A stretch of DNA of 64,000 nt from assembly GCA_043228905.1 (NCBI GenBank), contig JBHGNT010000007.1:1054001-1118000 (forward strand), given 5' to 3'. Numbering within the stretch: the first letter of the stretch is position 1; every line of letters starts with the position of its first letter. This document shows positions 61,801-64,000 of this stretch, piece after piece. This DNA comes from Azolla caroliniana. Its lineage: Eukaryota > Plantae > Polypodiophyta. The notes under the pieces are model-generated. The model was not told the origin of the DNA, did no database searches, and was given only the letters and a program-made list of their open reading frames with translations. The position numbers and the translations under genes are program-made.

Positions 61801-62470
61801 TCTTGGGTATGCTTTGGAGGATAATATCATCGCTTATGTCTTCCCCTGTAGCTATAATGTCTTCAGTAAGTAGGCGGCTATAATACCTTGTGGCAATATT
61901 CCTCATTTCGTCGCCATCCTCAGTGGTCGTTCCATCCTCTCGGTTGAGGTTGCGCATCACAGTTCTAGCGTGCCTCGGGCCTTTGGAGCGGAAGAATTCC
62001 TTTGTGGTTTTGTCCCCTACTCGAATCCATCGCGCCATGCTACCATGAAACTCCATGTCATATATTTTCTTTTCTGCCATGCTAAGTTCCTGTTTGGTTG
62101 TGCCGACTTGTCGTGCGATCCAAATACAGGACGAGTATCTCTGTTGGAGTCGTTGTAAGGCTATTAGTCCCCGTTTTGTCCTCTGTAGCTTCTCCTGAGC
62201 ATCCTTGCGTCTGGTCTTGACAATCTCATGTAGGAGAGTAGAGGCTCTTGTTAATTTAGCTAAAAGTTTGTCCGATGCTGATGAGCCATTGACGGGTAAT
62301 GACCATTGGTTGGATAGTTGGTCCTTCACGTCTATAAGTGTGTAAATAGTGTGTGGGATGTAAGTTTGGAATGTGCCCCATTTTCGGTGCAATTGAAAAT
62401 GACCAACTACCGGGTAATGGTCAGAGAAAGTCGTGCCTGGAGTTATGCGACACCACCCTCCCTTCACTTC
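58820..62470 (-). mobile_element. L1-like LINE ORF2 (endonuclease end, RT, zf-RVT, A tail) with an internally inverted block about 60550-61016; cut by gypsy LTR at 62471
   Basis: FSDHYPV, WRPITLLNTVYK, LDFEKAYDRV, QGCPLAP on minus. FADDTT...KYLG...LSLAGR on plus. PKSRGGLG to the tail on minus. Confidence 0.92.
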
Positions 62471-64000
62471 TGTCAGGAATAGTACTAAAGCAGAGATGGA
62501 ATTAGTACTAAGAAGAGTAGTACTATTAGTACTAAGAGGACGGGACTGCGTAAGATTCCTGAGAGAGAGGAAGTGAGAAGAGGAGAGAGAGAGATAGGAT
62601 GATGACAACAACTCTTATATTATATGAAAGATAAGTACAAATCGGCTAAGAGACTTAAGACTGGTGTTGAACCAATTTGGTTCAAAACAATGCCTTGTGC
62701 CTCCTTTTATAGTGTTTTTAGGAATAATCCTGAAGCTTCTAGAATGTTCCAAAGAGATCTGGAATATACATCAATTTTCTATGATAAAACATAAATGATA
62801 ATAATATTCTACAAATTACAATTCATAGTCTAATGGTAAGAGCTCGACCCATGTAGCATAAGGTCATGGGTTCGAGTCTTGCCATATCATGACATTATCT
62901 CCCCCTTAAAGACGACGAGTGGAATGAGTCGGCGCTAATTGCGGACCGGGTTTGTCCAGATACTTTCGGTGGAAATCAGCAAGAAGATCTTGTGCATTGG
63001 CAACATGCTCGACGGGTTCCCAAGTACGTTCGCTTGGACTATAACCGAGCCAATCGACCAAGTAATAAAGTTTGTTGCGAACAAGTTTGGAATCGAGGAT
63101 GGCAGCAACTTCATACTCCGGGCCGGCGTCCAACTCCAGCGGGGGCGGCGGTGGTGTCACACGATCGGGAATGGTGTTTGCTTTATAAGGTTCAAGAAGA
63201 GAACAATGGAAAACCGGATGTATCTGAAGCGGTGGAGGGAGATCAAGGCAGAAGGTGACATCATTAATCTTACACGTAATACGGAAAGGACCGAGTCGTC
63301 GATAATCCAACTTGTCGCACGGTCGAGTAGTCTTGATGTGACGACGTAAGAGCCATACTCGATCTCCGATGGCAAAAGAGGAGGGAATCCGATGACGATC
63401 CGCATAAGTCTTCTGTGTGTGTTGAGCATGACGAAGGTGAGTAGAGAGATCCATCTGGATCTTGCGTAGCCTCTCCAAATGGTCCTCGGCACGAGGGTTG
63501 GTAGGTAGCTCCGAAGTGTCGATCACCGACCAGCGAGGATGGAAACCGGTATAAGCGAAAAATGGGGAGACCCGAGTCAAGGAGTGAATAGCATTATTAT
63601 ACGCAAACTCCGCAAAGTGGAGAATCTCAGCCCAATCGTCCTGTTGATAACTCAGGAAACACCAGAGATATTGCTCCAGCATTTGGTTTGTTCGTTTTGC
63701 CTGCTCGTCGGTCTGAGGATGGTAGCCGGAGGAGAGGTTGCAGGAGACGTTGAGCATCTTGAAGAGATGCTGCCAAAATTTGGAGACAAATTGCGGGCCT
63801 CGGTCACTGATAATACTGTCTGGGAAGCCATGATGCCGAAATACCTCACGCATAACGAGAGCGGCGGTTTCCTCGCTAGTGATGGCTTTAGTACATGGCA
63901 CAAAATGTGCCATCTTCGTATATCGATCAACGACGGTTAGGATAGCGTCGAACCCCTTCGAGACCGGCAGATCTGTGATAAAATCAAGACAAATAGACTG
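62471..64000 (-). mobile_element. 3' end of a second Tcn1-like chromovirus: LTR 62471-62894, PPT, integrase and chromodomain; continues beyond the window
   Basis: ORF 62906-63913 closely resembles the pol C-terminus at 6644-7700; the LTR is related to 6181-6651. Confidence 0.93.

Overview
Eukaryotic, retrotransposon-dense plant genomic DNA. The Tcn1-type chromoviruses suggest a seed-free plant (fern, lycophyte or bryophyte), which is inference only. Most of the window is nested LINE, Ty1/copia and Ty3/gypsy elements. These include one apparently intact young chromoviral gypsy (6181-11953) with a -1 frameshift site and Tf1-like self-priming, and several non-autonomous LTR elements (self-priming or tRNA-Trp-primed). 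Host content is small: the 5' end of a J-domain (DnaJ) gene at the left edge, two near-identical, convergently oriented genes for a small secreted CxxC-containing protein (34387-34824 + and 53547-53981 -), and between them a TE-disrupted DUF247 pseudogene (about 45575-46248). The two secreted-protein copies differ only synonymously in the signal region and only non-synonymously in the mature region. The pairing of DUF247 with a diversifying secreted peptide resembles the grass S/Z self-incompatibility locus architecture and is the best candidate for an undescribed system here. All family assignments come from reading motifs by eye; no searches were run.
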